From a virus (Duplodnaviria > Caudoviricetes), in IMG/VR virus record IMGVR_UViG_3300047560_001295, positions 1 to 57,999 of that record: 57,999 nt of DNA; one strand, written 5' to 3'. Shown here in pieces: positions 56,919 to 57,999 of this stretch. Position 1 is the first letter of the stretch. Each line of letters begins with the position of its first letter. The translations under genes were made by a program, and so were the position numbers. The notes below the pieces were generated by a model. That model searched no databases, was not told where the DNA came from, and saw only the letters and a program-made list of their open reading frames with translations.

Positions 56919-57764
56919 GCCCTCGTAGATGATGTTGACTGAGCCGCCAGTAAAATTAGTTAGCCCACTCCCGCCGTAAATTTGAATGCGATCAAGGGCT
57001 CCGCTTAATGCTATAAAGCCGCCGTATGTATACATTGTTGACGCAGAAGAAGAATAAAAGCCGCCCGATATCGCCCACGCATTCGTAGCCGAATTAACGA
57101 GCGTAAAAATTACTGATCCACTAAGAGCCGTGGTAGAGCCTATAGGCCACCCATTATTGACCGTTGAGGCAAACGTAGTAACTGCGTTTGATGCTGTTCG
57201 TGTCTCAAAAGTGCTGTACCCAGAGGAAGCATAACTACCTGAACCCAGATTTATAAAAGTACCACCTGTATTCAATACCCCGCTAAAAACTAAAGTAAGC
57301 CGCTTACACCAGCTTGGTATGCCGGTATATCCGTAAGTATTAGCTCCATTAGTTGTTTGCGCCGTACCTTGAACCATTCTGGCCACAGGTACGTTGTTAT
57401 TTACCGTAAGGTTACCAGATGCATCAAAACCACCGAGTTTTGCAGGACTAGCCGGTCCGTTGTTATAGAAACTTACCCCGTCAGAAGCACCGGCAATAAC
57501 GCGCGCTGTTCCGGCTACGTAATCTAAGACGACACCATCTGAGAAGCTTCCAGCGTATTGGCCGGGAATAAGAATACCACCTGCTGTTATTAGATCCCCA
57601 TTAGCATCTATGGTAAGAACGTCTTGCGTAATTGCATCAACGTTTCCACGACCCAACCGAATACTACCGTCTGGCGTATTCGGCTGATACCAAGTCATGT
57701 TATTCGTTGGAGTTGCCGATTGTCCTACTTGAACGGCGTTTGTTTTAAGCGCACTTGAACTCAT
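56916..57764 (-). CDS. Virion structural / fibre-like protein
   Basis: Gly/Ser/Thr-rich; TGIPSWCKRLT...LDRIQI...GSVNIIYE C-terminal domain. Confidence 0.7.
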   Translation of the reverse strand: MSSSALKTNAVQVGQSATPTNNMTWYQPNTPDGSIRLGRGNVDAITQDVLTIDANGDLITAGGILIPGQYAGSFSDGVVLDYVAGTARVIAGASDGVSFYNNGPASPAKLGGFDASGNLTVNNNVPVARMVQGTAQTTNGANTYGYTGIPSWCKRLTLVFSGVLNTGGTFINLGSGSYASSGYSTFETRTASNAVTTFASTVNNGWPIGSTTALSGSVIFTLVNSATNAWAISGGFYSSSASTMYTYGGFIALSGALDRIQIYGGSGLTNFTGGSVNIIYEG

Positions 57765-57999
57765 GCCGTGTAGCTCCCCGAGGAAGTGAATTTGATGATG
57801 GTGTTAGAACCTGAAGTGGTCACAGTAGGAGATCCTGTGGTAACGCCGGAGTAGTTCGCCGTGGGAACGGAAAGGATTACAACGCCTGAACCTCCGTTGG
57901 CCCCCTGCCCAGCGTAGCCACCACCGGACCCACCACCAGTGTTTACAGTCCCTGCGGTTCCTGAAGCTGTATTTCCAGCGCCTCCGCCATAAGAAGCTG
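57761..57999 (-). CDS. Glycine-rich virion protein, 3' part of the gene starting at 889
   Basis: Translates to ...[44 protein letters not shown]-stop, matching the C-terminus of the paralog 1254..2492. Confidence 0.85.
   Translation of the reverse strand, partial: ASYGGGAGNTASGTAGTVNTGGGSGGGYAGQGANGGSGVVILSVPTANYSGVTTGSPTVTTSGSNTIIKFTSSGSYTA

Overview
This window is nearly a whole, circularly permuted genome of an apparently lytic, contractile-tailed dsDNA phage of about 58 kb. I found no integrase, tRNA or CRISPR array. One minus-strand virion operon runs from the terminase (~17.9 kb) down to base 1, re-enters at the right end and continues to ~40.6 kb. It holds a DUF1073-type portal, MuF, a lysis cassette, DUF2213 protease, DUF2184 capsid, neck genes, a large block of collagen, glycine-rich and beta-helix appendage genes with a glycosyltransferase, then sheath, tube, tape measure and baseplate. 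Plus-strand genes at 26-40.5 kb cover recombination, replication and a 7-deazaguanine DNA-modification pathway (queE, queC, queD, PRTase-folE, dpdA), plus a beta-clamp and PolA. The best candidate for an undescribed system is capsid cargo loading: a recurring basic-[KR]D[AS] motif lies at domain boundaries across the head proteins, and an HxHxH leader is shared by the scaffold and two small proteins. The motif would cut a Nudix hydrolase off the portal and split one protein into three modules. Other highlights are apparent genome-wide CCGG enrichment, a QueC lacking its zinc cysteines, a PRTase-FolE fusion, possible virion glycosylation and a triplicated early-protein domain. All family calls come from motif recognition by eye; no database searches were run.
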